This document shows positions 50,108-58,846 of a DNA stretch of 64,000 nt, piece by piece; positions within the stretch are counted from its first letter, which is position 1; the number at the start of each line of letters is the position of its first letter. The stretch comes from a virus (lineage: Duplodnaviria > Caudoviricetes). The notes under the pieces were generated by a model. That model saw only the letters and a list, made by a program, of their open reading frames with translations. It was not told the DNA's origin and made no database searches. The position numbers were made by a program, and so were the translations under genes. The DNA lies in IMG/VR virus record IMGVR_UViG_3300033069_000781, positions 55,053 to 119,052 of that record; one strand, given 5' to 3'.

Positions 50108-50146
50108 AGCTATAAAAGAAAAAGAGAAATCTTTTTCTTAGCTATT
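50108..50146 (+). terminator. AT-rich hairpin followed by TTAGCTATT
   Basis: AAGAAAAAGA-gaaa-TCTTTTTCTT-AGCTATT. Confidence 0.55.
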
Positions 50147-50169
50147 GGTATATAATTAACCTAGGTATT

Positions 50170-50206
50170 AATTCTTGCAGGCCTGCAAGAATCTAACATA
50201 TGTTTA
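50170..50206 (+). repeat. 37-bp element with a 22-bp perfect palindrome and a start codon, copy 2
   Basis: identical to 19001-19037. Confidence 0.9.
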
Positions 50207-51339
50207 TTCAAAACACCAAATCCAACAAAGAGGACCCTGCCACTAAGATAATGGGTAGGGAATTCCCATTTAATTCGGAGCATAAAGGAAATACACAAGA
50301 AATGGATAGTCCAGAACAACCTAAGCCTGCTAATCCTAACCCTGGAGCTACCACGGGCCATCTCGACTCCACATTACCCCTGATTAAACAGTTAGCTAGG
50401 AAAACCTCCCGTAACAAGGTAATCATAAATAACAATCTCGGTAGGAAGCGTAGTGCCCCAAAGGTAATGGAGGCCACAGAGAAGGTTGCTTTTGTTAATA
50501 GGGTCATAGATATCTTGAAGAGCTCTCAATTAGAGAAGAGTGCTGATCTTAAGGGTATGCTAGCCAAGGCGCTACAGACCGCTGTGGGGTCCAGAACTCC
50601 AGGGGCTGCACTGAAGGGTATAGGATCCACTGTAGGTAAAGGGGCCCTTAATTGGGCTGTACCCCTAGCCGCAGGTGGTGCTACAGCTTATAAGGCGCAT
50701 GAGGAGGGTATGTCACCCTTTAGTTCTGGTATGTTAGGACTAGCCGCTGGATCTGTTGCTTCTCCTAAGATGTATAGTAGTGCATTTAAGGCTGGATTAA
50801 AATCGCCCGAAGGTCCTATTCCTGGATTCATGAATCATTTAAAAGGCCCTATTATTAACAAGGCCTTATTAACCGGTTTAGCTATTGCACCAGAGGGAAT
50901 CTCCCATGTAAATAGCACCCTACGTAACGCTAAAACTATCAGCGACGATTTAGCAGGTAGTACCGCTAACTTAGAGGGTACTTCCAATAAACTTCAAGCA
51001 TCTTTAGCCAACACCTCTGGTAATTTGGAGAGCTTAACTAAGAGATTAGACAACTCAAGCTCACAAGAAGCGGGACAAGGTTTTGTTGAAGGTGGTCTGA
51101 CAGCCTTAGGTAATGTGGCCAAGAGTCCATATGTCTGGGGTACCGCTGCTGGTCTAGGTGGGCTCTATGGTGGATATAAGTTATTGGATAAATATTTGCA
51201 ATACAAAGCTAAGACTGAGCAGGCTAAAGCGAGAGCTATGATGCCACCTAAGCCTCCGAAACCAAATGTGGTAAACTTAGATGATGTATTAGCCCGACTC
51301 AATAGATCTCAGCATCCTGGTATAGAAGTACCTCAGTAA
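50200..51339 (+). CDS. Gly/Ala-rich membrane-type protein with K-x-A motifs (putative internal virion protein)
   Basis: EKVA, EKSA; glycine-zipper segments. Confidence 0.6.
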   Translation: MFIQNTKSNKEDPATKIMGREFPFNSEHKGNTQEMDSPEQPKPANPNPGATTGHLDSTLPLIKQLARKTSRNKVIINNNLGRKRSAPKVMEATEKVAFVNRVIDILKSSQLEKSADLKGMLAKALQTAVGSRTPGAALKGIGSTVGKGALNWAVPLAAGGATAYKAHEEGMSPFSSGMLGLAAGSVASPKMYSSAFKAGLKSPEGPIPGFMNHLKGPIINKALLTGLAIAPEGISHVNSTLRNAKTISDDLAGSTANLEGTSNKLQASLANTSGNLESLTKRLDNSSSQEAGQGFVEGGLTALGNVAKSPYVWGTAAGLGGLYGGYKLLDKYLQYKAKTEQAKARAMMPPKPPKPNVVNLDDVLARLNRSQHPGIEVPQ

Positions 51340-51344
51340 TCTAA

Positions 51345-51719
51345 ATGTTCGATTCACCAGATAATCTTAGTGAAGGCAATGTCAATTATCCTATGGGTGA
51401 TCCCTATGGATTTTCAGCTCAGTATGCTCCATTGCCATCAGCAATGGCGGTAGTATCGGATACCTCACTGAGCCCTATACAGAAGACCTTAGCTCTACAA
51501 TCGATTAGACTAGCCTCTGAGAAGAGTAATAACAAAGGACTCTTCAGTACTGAGGATTTAGTACACGGCTTCGTAGGGGCAGGGCTAGGCTATGCCGCCG
51601 CTACCGTAACTGGTAAGGTCTTAGGATCAGTATTTGGCCTATCTCCGGATCACCAATCTCAATTAGCTAATATGGGTGCAATTGGTGGGTTACTGAAATC
51701 AACTGGTATTTGGAAATAA
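51345..51719 (+). CDS. glycine-zipper membrane protein
   Basis: GFVGAGLGYAAATVTGKVLG, GAIGG. Confidence 0.6.
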   Translation: MFDSPDNLSEGNVNYPMGDPYGFSAQYAPLPSAMAVVSDTSLSPIQKTLALQSIRLASEKSNNKGLFSTEDLVHGFVGAGLGYAAATVTGKVLGSVFGLSPDHQSQLANMGAIGGLLKSTGIWK

Positions 51720-51722
51720 GAA

Positions 51723-52115
51723 ATGGAAAAAGTATCTTACAACTATAGAGCTGCCCTCAGACAAGGCCTACTCCAGTCGCTAGCTGAGAATGGTATTACT
51801 CCCTCGGATATATACAATAAGTATATGAACAAGGTGGCTGGGGACGGTATCACATCAGTTCTAGATGTTGGTGGAACTATTGGCGGTATAGCTAAAGGGC
51901 TAGGTACGCTATTAGTCGATTACCCCGTCGCTACAGCTATTGCGGGCGGGTCCGCTGCGGGGCTTGGGGCGGGTTGGGGTATAGGCAAAATGATGCAGTT
52001 GCCTGAGGGTGATCCAATCGAGGATCTAAAGAACCAAGAGCTAATCAAGGAACTTAGATATCAGACAATGAATCAGAAGTTGAAGCAGAGGAGATCATCA
52101 ATTAATGGCCTCTAA
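51723..52115 (+). CDS. glycine-zipper protein with K-x-[A/S] motifs
   Basis: MEKVS, NKVAG; AIAGGSAAGLGAGWGIG. Confidence 0.6.
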   Translation: MEKVSYNYRAALRQGLLQSLAENGITPSDIYNKYMNKVAGDGITSVLDVGGTIGGIAKGLGTLLVDYPVATAIAGGSAAGLGAGWGIGKMMQLPEGDPIEDLKNQELIKELRYQTMNQKLKQRRSSINGL

Positions 52116-52461
52116 AGTAAGAGAACAATTAAGAATTATCCCATCTCCTGGATTCGATGGGTTACCTTTTCGTGGGCTAACTATCCCAGATCTAGTTAAA
52201 GATGGCCCTCAGCCCGTAGAGGTCCTAGATGCTAAGGTTAGAGTATTCGATTTATCGGATACAAAACAGTTAGCTGAATATGAAGCTATATGCGATAAAG
52301 TAGCCAAAGGTCTATTCTTGATGAGTAGAGAAGAGATGGAATGGGTACCAGAGAACAAGAACTGGATGGTCATGATAAGGTTCTTACCCCGATATGCTGA
52401 GGAAGCCGGTAAGCATCTGAATAGATTGAAATTTGATTCCGAGAGAGGATACGTAACTTAA
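52105..52461 (+). CDS. hypothetical protein
   Basis: 118-aa ORF; GLPFRG, VRVFDLSD. Confidence 0.65.
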   Translation: MASKVREQLRIIPSPGFDGLPFRGLTIPDLVKDGPQPVEVLDAKVRVFDLSDTKQLAEYEAICDKVAKGLFLMSREEMEWVPENKNWMVMIRFLPRYAEEAGKHLNRLKFDSERGYVT

Positions 52462-52471
52462 ACATATACAT

Positions 52472-54250
52472 ATGCCAAACCCATTCACACTAAAGGACTA
52501 TAGAGACCCATCGGTCCATGCCCAGGCCGGCTCTGCAATAGCCTCCGAGACCACTAAGCCTTATCTTGCCCTTGGGGCTTCCGCTATTGGTGGAGCTGGG
52601 CTACTCTATCTCCTCAAGAAGCACCTAGATACTTATCGTCTAGCTCCCGATAAGAATAGGTCATTTAAGAACAACGTAATGGATTCGGATTCAATTCCAT
52701 TAGCCGAGAAGCTATCCGATTTTAATTCAGGATCTATTCTCGGAGGGGCTGTTGAAGGTCTATCTGGCGCTGCCAATCAAGCCCTAGGTAATGATGGTAT
52801 AGCTAATAATTCGGGTAATTCTTTAAAGATGCTGGCCTTAGCCGGTGGTATTCCCACAGCTATCTTTGGTACACTAGCCCTCAAGAATCTAATTGATAAG
52901 TCCTATAAGATACCTAATAGTAGGCAAAAGGAATTAGATCAGGCTAGCTCTGAGTATGCCGATCTAATGAGTAACCAGGGTAACTTTGGTTCACCCAAGA
53001 TGGCCTCCGTTAATGCTTATCTTGAAGCCCTAGAGGATCATATTATCGATAAGACCTCTCACTTCAATTTATCCGAGAAATCAGCTAATCTATATAGCTG
53101 GCTACCCGCCCTTGCATTAGGGGTCGGTATACCAACTGCATACATGAAGGCTAAGTCAATGATTGATAACGATCCCGCTGTTATCAAGCGTAAGGCCTCC
53201 GAGGATGCGGTTAGGCGTATGCGTATGCTTAACCCACCTAAGATGAATGTGGTTATTGCGAATACCCCCGAGGAATATGAAGAGCTAAATAGACTCGATA
53301 ATACTTCTAGAAATCTGATTCCTATACTTAGACCACAGAGTAATAGTGGGGTTGGCAATAGTAACAGTCCTCATGGTGATAGCTCAGATGATATCTTTAA
53401 TAAGCTATCTCATGTTATTAACCCAGCGATCCGTAATGAGGTAGATGTGCTAGAGAAGCGCGCTAATTTGTATGGTACTTCTTTAAAGGAGTGTCGTGAG
53501 TTCTGGAAGCAGGCCTCACCTATAGTTAAGCGATCTCTAATCAAGATAGCGGAGGGCTTCAATATGCAAGAAGCTTTCGCTAATGTATCACCGGAGCAGA
53601 TGGCTAGAACTTTGAGTGCTATGCCTCCAGAGACTATTGGTTACTATTTAAACCATTTGAGGCAGACTAATCCTGCTGCCTTGGAACAGCTAGGTGGTGC
53701 TCATCTACCGGACCAGCAGATTATGGGTAATTTAAATGGAATGCTGACCCAGCATAATTGGTGGGACCCTATGGGATGGAAGAATGGTTATGTTAAGTCT
53801 CAATTACTACATGGGTTGGGGCAAATGAATCAGTCCAATCAGGGCCAACCTCAACCTCAGATGCCTACCCAACCTGGACCATATCAGGGTCCCGATGGTC
53901 CAATGGGCCCGCAACAGCAACCCCCTAGGCATAACGCTGCCATTAACTTCATGGGTAATCTCAATCCATGGCAAATAGGTATAGCAGCTGGAGCCGGTGG
54001 GCTAGGATTAATGACTGGACATCCAATACTAGGATTAATGGGAGCGGGGGCAGCTCTAGGTGGACCCGCACTCTGGAAAAAATATGTAGATTCCAGAATG
54101 ACCAGTGATCCATCAAAGATGACTGGTTGGATGAATAGCTATATGAAGAGGACTCCAGAGGGACCAATGGGACCTCAGCCCCTACCAGCAGCTATGCCTA
54201 ACCATTCCATGAGTAATACACCTAGCCCTATGTCCCACGCTGCGGCCTAA
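52472..54250 (+). CDS. multi-segment Gly/Ala-rich protein with eight K-x-[A/S] motifs (putative processed virion protein)
   Basis: EKLS, PKMA, DKTS, EKSA, NKLS, EKRA, WKQA, IKIA; several hydrophobic helices. Confidence 0.6.
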   Translation: MPNPFTLKDYRDPSVHAQAGSAIASETTKPYLALGASAIGGAGLLYLLKKHLDTYRLAPDKNRSFKNNVMDSDSIPLAEKLSDFNSGSILGGAVEGLSGAANQALGNDGIANNSGNSLKMLALAGGIPTAIFGTLALKNLIDKSYKIPNSRQKELDQASSEYADLMSNQGNFGSPKMASVNAYLEALEDHIIDKTSHFNLSEKSANLYSWLPALALGVGIPTAYMKAKSMIDNDPAVIKRKASEDAVRRMRMLNPPKMNVVIANTPEEYEELNRLDNTSRNLIPILRPQSNSGVGNSNSPHGDSSDDIFNKLSHVINPAIRNEVDVLEKRANLYGTSLKECREFWKQASPIVKRSLIKIAEGFNMQEAFANVSPEQMARTLSAMPPETIGYYLNHLRQTNPAALEQLGGAHLPDQQIMGNLNGMLTQHNWWDPMGWKNGYVKSQLLHGLGQMNQSNQGQPQPQMPTQPGPYQGPDGPMGPQQQPPRHNAAINFMGNLNPWQIGIAAGAGGLGLMTGHPILGLMGAGAALGGPALWKKYVDSRMTSDPSKMTGWMNSYMKRTPEGPMGPQPLPAAMPNHSMSNTPSPMSHAAA

Positions 54251-54265
54251 TCTAACTAATAAATC

Positions 54266-54304
54266 AATAGCTAAAATAAAGAGTCCTATATGGGCTCTTT
54301 ATTT
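54266..54304. terminator. bidirectional-type hairpin with reverse-oriented TTAGCTATT
   Basis: AATAGCTAA then AAATAAAGAGTCC-tatat-GGGCTCTTTATTT. Confidence 0.65.
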
Positions 54305-54324
54305 ATTGACACCTTAAGCTATAC

Positions 54325-57300
54325 TTGGGTATGGCCATATTCGATCAGAAAGCTCCTATTAAATCATTAGATAGAGAAGTAGCTCCAGGGGTGCCTACTC
54401 CTGTAACGCCCGCACCCGCACCCATCGAGATGCGGGACTTCTTAGATATCGATAAGCAGAGATCCAATATCTTTGATAATGTCCATAAGTCCTTAAGTAC
54501 AAAGTTTCCAGTTGAGAACGATAACTACCGATTGGAACTGAGTGATATTAGGTATGAGAAGAATAAGCCTTACTCATTGAAAGAGCAAAAGGATGCCATC
54601 ATGAATAGGCAGACCTTGGACTGGCCTATTAGAGCGAACTGGAGATTGATCGATAAATCAACAAATCATCCGATATCCGAGGCCCGTAAAACCATTACTA
54701 GAGTTCCATACCTAACTAATAGGGGTACCTATATCTTTAGGGGTAATGAGTATGTGCTATCAAATCAGGCTCGTCTACGCTCAGGTGTCTATACCCGTGA
54801 GAAAGAGAACGGTGAACTAGAAGCCCACGTTAACTTAATGCCTGGGACCGGCTCTTCATTCCGTATCTTTATGGAACCATCGACCGGTATCTTTAAGTTC
54901 AAATTAGGTCAGGGCTCGGTGCCTGCCTATCCCGTACTCAAAGCTCTAGGAACCACTGATGACCAAATGAAGGCAGCCTGGGGTGATCAGATCGCCTCTG
55001 TTAATGCCACTAAGTCTAGAGACTTCGATCTATCCAAAGTATATGATAAGTTAGCTAGTCCACGGATTCGTAAACAATTCATTGACGCAGGAGCTGGGCT
55101 TAGAGCTACATTCTCTCAGATGGCTCTAGATCCCGAGGTCTCCAATCGTACCCTAGGTAAGCCCTATACGGCAGTTAACTCCGAAGCATTGGTTAGGACA
55201 ATGCAGAAGTTACTACATATCAATCAAGGTAAGGAGGAGCAGGACGATAGAGATAACCAGGCCAACATGCAGCTCTATGGTCCCGAGGATCTATTCGCTG
55301 AGCGTATTTCAAAGGATAGCGGTAATTTAAGTAGGCAACTACTCTGGAAGCTTACCCATACGAAAGATGTCAATAAGATCCCGGCGGGTTATCTATCAAA
55401 GCAGATCTATTCAACTCTATTGCATAGCGGTATAGCATCTCCTATCTCAGAGATCAATACCTTAGAGATCTTGGATCAGTTATCCCGAGTTACCCGAATG
55501 GGTGAAGGTGCTCTGACCTCACAGGACTCGGTCCCCGATGAAGCTAGAAGCGTGCAGCCATCTCAGTTAGGTCTGATTGATGTAATAAGGGCTCCAGAGT
55601 CGGTCTCTATTGGTGTAGATTCCAGATTAGCTATCAATACGTTGAAGGGTTCGGACGGTAAGATCTACCGCAAAGTACTGGACCGTAACGGTAAGGAGCG
55701 TGTAGTTTCTAGTCATGACCTAATTAACGGTATCTACGCCTTTCCGGGTGAGATGCAAAAAGAGGGTACTAAGGCTAGAGCATTGGTAAATGGTAAGATA
55801 CGATATGTAGATAAGAAGTCAGTAGATCATGTATTACCTAGTGGTTCCGATATGTTCTCGTTTCTAGGTAACATGGTGCCCGGAATGAGCGGGGTCAAAG
55901 GTGGCCGAATGGCCATGGGTTCTCGTATGATAACCCAGGCACTACCACTCAATAACCCAGAGGCACCTTTGGTTCAGAGTGCCATGCCCAATGATCCATC
56001 GAAATCCTTTGAGGAGTTAGCCACTAAGTATAGTGGTAATGTTGAGGCCAAGGAGGCCGGTAGAATAACTGGCATCTCACCTGATGCTATTGATGTTGTC
56101 TATGGTAACGGTAAGAAGGATTCCATTGAACTCTATAACAACTTCCCATTCAATCAGAAGAGCTTCATTCATAACACCCCTATGCTCAAGATAGGGGATG
56201 TCTTCAATAAGGGCGATCTATTAGCTCGATCAAACTATACTGATAAGACTGGTAAAGCGGTATCACTAGGAACTAATTTAAGAGTGGTCTACTTACCCTA
56301 TAAAGGTAACTATGAAGACGCCATCACTATCTCAGAGGGAGCCGCTAAGAAGTTAAGCTCGGAACATATGTATTTAACAAAGGTACCTCATTCAGAGGGT
56401 ACCATCACCGGTAAGAAAGAATTCATTTCAAACTTCCCCGGGCAATTCAGTAAGGCTCAATTAGATAATATTGACGACTCCGGAATAGTTAAGCCTGGCA
56501 CAGTACTTCATGAGGGCGATCCTATTGTTATTGGAGTTAGGCAAAAGGAACCTACCAAGGGTAATGCTCTACTTAGACAGACACGCTCATGGAATATGCC
56601 ACACCTAGAAACATGGGATCATGCCGATCCAGGTTTAGTTACTGATGCTATAACTTCTACGGATGGTATAAAGGTAGCTGTTAAAGCTTATCAGCCCATG
56701 AGTTTAGCGGATAAAATGGCTGATAGATTTGGCTCCAAGGGTCTAGTGGGTCGAATAGTTCCCGATGATCAAATGCCAAAAGATGCAAACGGAAATCCAT
56801 TCGAGGTAATCTTCAACCCCCTGAGTATTATCTCACGGGTAAATCCAACTAAGCTAGTTGAGACATTACTGGCCAAGGTGGCCCGTAAGACCGGAAAGAC
56901 CTATAAGTTGCCAGCGTTCATGGATGATTCAATGGCGGACTGGGCTCTAGAGGAGGCCCGTAAGGCCGGGGTCTCCGAGAAAGAGAATGTATTCGATGCC
57001 GTATCAAATAAGGAACTGAAAGATATATTTACAGGTGAGCAGTTCTTTATGAAGCTCCACCATACAGCGGAATCCAAGTTATCCGTAAGAGATGCGGGAG
57101 CTTATACATTAGATGAGACTCCCGCTAAGGGTAGCTTTGGTCAAGCCAAGCGGGTAGGTACCATGGAGATCTCGGCCCTATTATCTCATAATGTACCATC
57201 TGTTCTCAAGGATCTGAAGTTAGTTAGAGGACAAAAGAATGATGACTTCTGGAAGGCTTATAAACAGGGCCTACCTACACCAAAGCCAGGTCAGACCTTT

Positions 57301-58758
57301 GTATACGATAAGTTCTTGAATATGCTTAGGGCTGGGGGTGTTCGGGTCAACTCCTCTGATAACGGTAATAAACTAAATGTATTAGCCATGAGGGATCAGG
57401 ATGTTGATGCCTTGGCTGGAACAAATGAGTTACTGAATGGTGATGCTATCAATATCAAAGATGGATCACCAGTAAAAGGTGGACTCTTCGACGTCTCAAT
57501 TACAGGTGGCCGTGAGAATAGAAAACAATGGGCTAAGATAACTCTGAATGATCCGGTACCGAATCCATTAATGGAGGAGCCAATCCGTAGGTTACTGGAT
57601 CTCACGGAGCCTAAGTTCATGGATTTACTGAAGAGTAGTAGTGGTCCTCAAAAGATTCTAGATAAACTGAAGGCTATCAATGTCAATCAAGAACTAGATA
57701 AGCAATATGGGATATTGAAAGACAATAAATTATCTAAGAGGGATAATGCTGTTAAGATTATTCAGTACTTGGAGACCGCTAAGAAGAACAAAGTTCACCC
57801 CTCGGAATGGATGATAACTAAGGTGCCCGTACTACCACCGGCGTTTAGGCCTGTTACAGCCATGGATGGTATCGAGTTGACTTCAGATGCTAATCTTCTC
57901 TATAAGGAACTATTTGAGGCCAATAAGAACTACGGTGAGGTCAAGAAGGATCTCGATGAAATAGGTCCCGAACGAGAGGCACTCTATAATTCCGTTAAAG
58001 CCGTTATGGGTCTAGGGGATCCCATTAACGTAAAGAATAGGGAGAAGAATGTGGGTGGAATGCTACAACATATCTTTGGTAAATCTTCACCTAAGTTCGG
58101 TATGTTCCAGCAGAAATTGATGTCTACTACTGTCGATTCTGTTAGTAGGGGATCAATGATTCCTGATGCTAATCTGAATATGGATGAGATCGGAATGCCA
58201 GAGAATATCGCCTGGGATCTCTATAGACCATACATAATGAGAAGGCTATCCAGGAAGTACAATAGCGGTGATCACTCAGTTCCAATGACTGATCTAGCTA
58301 AGTGGGTAATTAATAGAGATCCTAGGGCCAAGAAAGCTATGGAAGAAGAAATGGCAGAGAGACCCGTGATCTATAGCAGAGCTCCTACCTGGCATAAATT
58401 CTCAGTTCTAGCTGCTTACCCCAAACTAATAAAGGGTAATGGATTCACTAGCTCAGCTGTCAACTCGCCTGGCTTTACCCTTGATCATGATGGCGATAAT
58501 ATGAACTTCCATGTGCCAGCTACACAAGAAGCTGTTGATGAGGCCAAAGAGAAGATGCTTCCATCTAAGAACTTATTGAGTACTAATGACTTCAAGGTCC
58601 ATCTATTACCTAGGCAAGAATATCTCATGGGACTCTACTTAGCGACTCAAGAGGCCAAGAAGAAGGAGCCACGCCGATTCGCTACCTCTAAGGATGCGAT
58701 GCAGGCCGTTATGAGGGGTGAGTTAGGTATGACTGATCCAGTAGTAATTGTGGGTTAA
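54325..58758 (+). CDS. phage multisubunit RNA polymerase, beta fused to N-terminal half of beta' (likely start ATG 54331)
   Basis: beta motifs RGTYIFRGNE, NYEDAI, ADKMADRFGSKG, NPLSIISR, FMKLHH, GTMEISAL; beta' motifs GGLFD, VPVLPPAFRP, FQQKLM..VD, SRAPTWH, DHDGD. Confidence 0.93.
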   Translation: MGMAIFDQKAPIKSLDREVAPGVPTPVTPAPAPIEMRDFLDIDKQRSNIFDNVHKSLSTKFPVENDNYRLELSDIRYEKNKPYSLKEQKDAIMNRQTLDWPIRANWRLIDKSTNHPISEARKTITRVPYLTNRGTYIFRGNEYVLSNQARLRSGVYTREKENGELEAHVNLMPGTGSSFRIFMEPSTGIFKFKLGQGSVPAYPVLKALGTTDDQMKAAWGDQIASVNATKSRDFDLSKVYDKLASPRIRKQFIDAGAGLRATFSQMALDPEVSNRTLGKPYTAVNSEALVRTMQKLLHINQGKEEQDDRDNQANMQLYGPEDLFAERISKDSGNLSRQLLWKLTHTKDVNKIPAGYLSKQIYSTLLHSGIASPISEINTLEILDQLSRVTRMGEGALTSQDSVPDEARSVQPSQLGLIDVIRAPESVSIGVDSRLAINTLKGSDGKIYRKVLDRNGKERVVSSHDLINGIYAFPGEMQKEGTKARALVNGKIRYVDKKSVDHVLPSGSDMFSFLGNMVPGMSGVKGGRMAMGSRMITQALPLNNPEAPLVQSAMPNDPSKSFEELATKYSGNVEAKEAGRITGISPDAIDVVYGNGKKDSIELYNNFPFNQKSFIHNTPMLKIGDVFNKGDLLARSNYTDKTGKAVSLGTNLRVVYLPYKGNYEDAITISEGAAKKLSSEHMYLTKVPHSEGTITGKKEFISNFPGQFSKAQLDNIDDSGIVKPGTVLHEGDPIVIGVRQKEPTKGNALLRQTRSWNMPHLETWDHADPGLVTDAITSTDGIKVAVKAYQPMSLADKMADRFGSKGLVGRIVPDDQMPKDANGNPFEVIFNPLSIISRVNPTKLVETLLAKVARKTGKTYKLPAFMDDSMADWALEEARKAGVSEKENVFDAVSNKELKDIFTGEQFFMKLHHTAESKLSVRDAGAYTLDETPAKGSFGQAKRVGTMEISALLSHNVPSVLKDLKLVRGQKNDDFWKAYKQGLPTPKPGQTFVYDKFLNMLRAGGVRVNSSDNGNKLNVLAMRDQDVDALAGTNELLNGDAINIKDGSPVKGGLFDVSITGGRENRKQWAKITLNDPVPNPLMEEPIRRLLDLTEPKFMDLLKSSSGPQKILDKLKAINVNQELDKQYGILKDNKLSKRDNAVKIIQYLETAKKNKVHPSEWMITKVPVLPPAFRPVTAMDGIELTSDANLLYKELFEANKNYGEVKKDLDEIGPEREALYNSVKAVMGLGDPINVKNREKNVGGMLQHIFGKSSPKFGMFQQKLMSTTVDSVSRGSMIPDANLNMDEIGMPENIAWDLYRPYIMRRLSRKYNSGDHSVPMTDLAKWVINRDPRAKKAMEEEMAERPVIYSRAPTWHKFSVLAAYPKLIKGNGFTSSAVNSPGFTLDHDGDNMNFHVPATQEAVDEAKEKMLPSKNLLSTNDFKVHLLPRQEYLMGLYLATQEAKKKEPRRFATSKDAMQAVMRGELGMTDPVVIVG

Positions 58759-58767
58759 TAAACCCCA

Positions 58768-58842
58768 TAAATGCGTCATATTATAGTGCTAGTCATTAGC
58801 TCTCAATTGTTGAGAGCTAATTTTACATTAGCAATAAAGGAA
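58768..58842 (+). promoter_or_regulatory. promoter-hairpin-SD element, copy 5
   Basis: TAAATGCGTCATATTATAGTGCT...TTAGCTCTCAA-ttg-TTGAGAGCTAA...GCAATAAAGGAA. Confidence 0.8.
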
Positions 58843-58846
58843 CTAT

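Noticed and set aside
50200-54250. Bacteriocin/RiPP precursor cluster
   Set aside because: No transporter, peptidase or modification enzymes are adjacent; the phage core-gene context fits virion proteins better.
54306-54325. sigma70 promoter TTGACA...TATACT upstream of the RNAP gene
   Set aside because: The spacer is only 8 nt, incompatible with canonical -35/-10 geometry.
25556-58842. CRISPR array or integron attC sites as the explanation for the dispersed repeats
   Set aside because: Copies are kilobases apart with no regular spacers, no cas or integrase gene, and no attC core sites.
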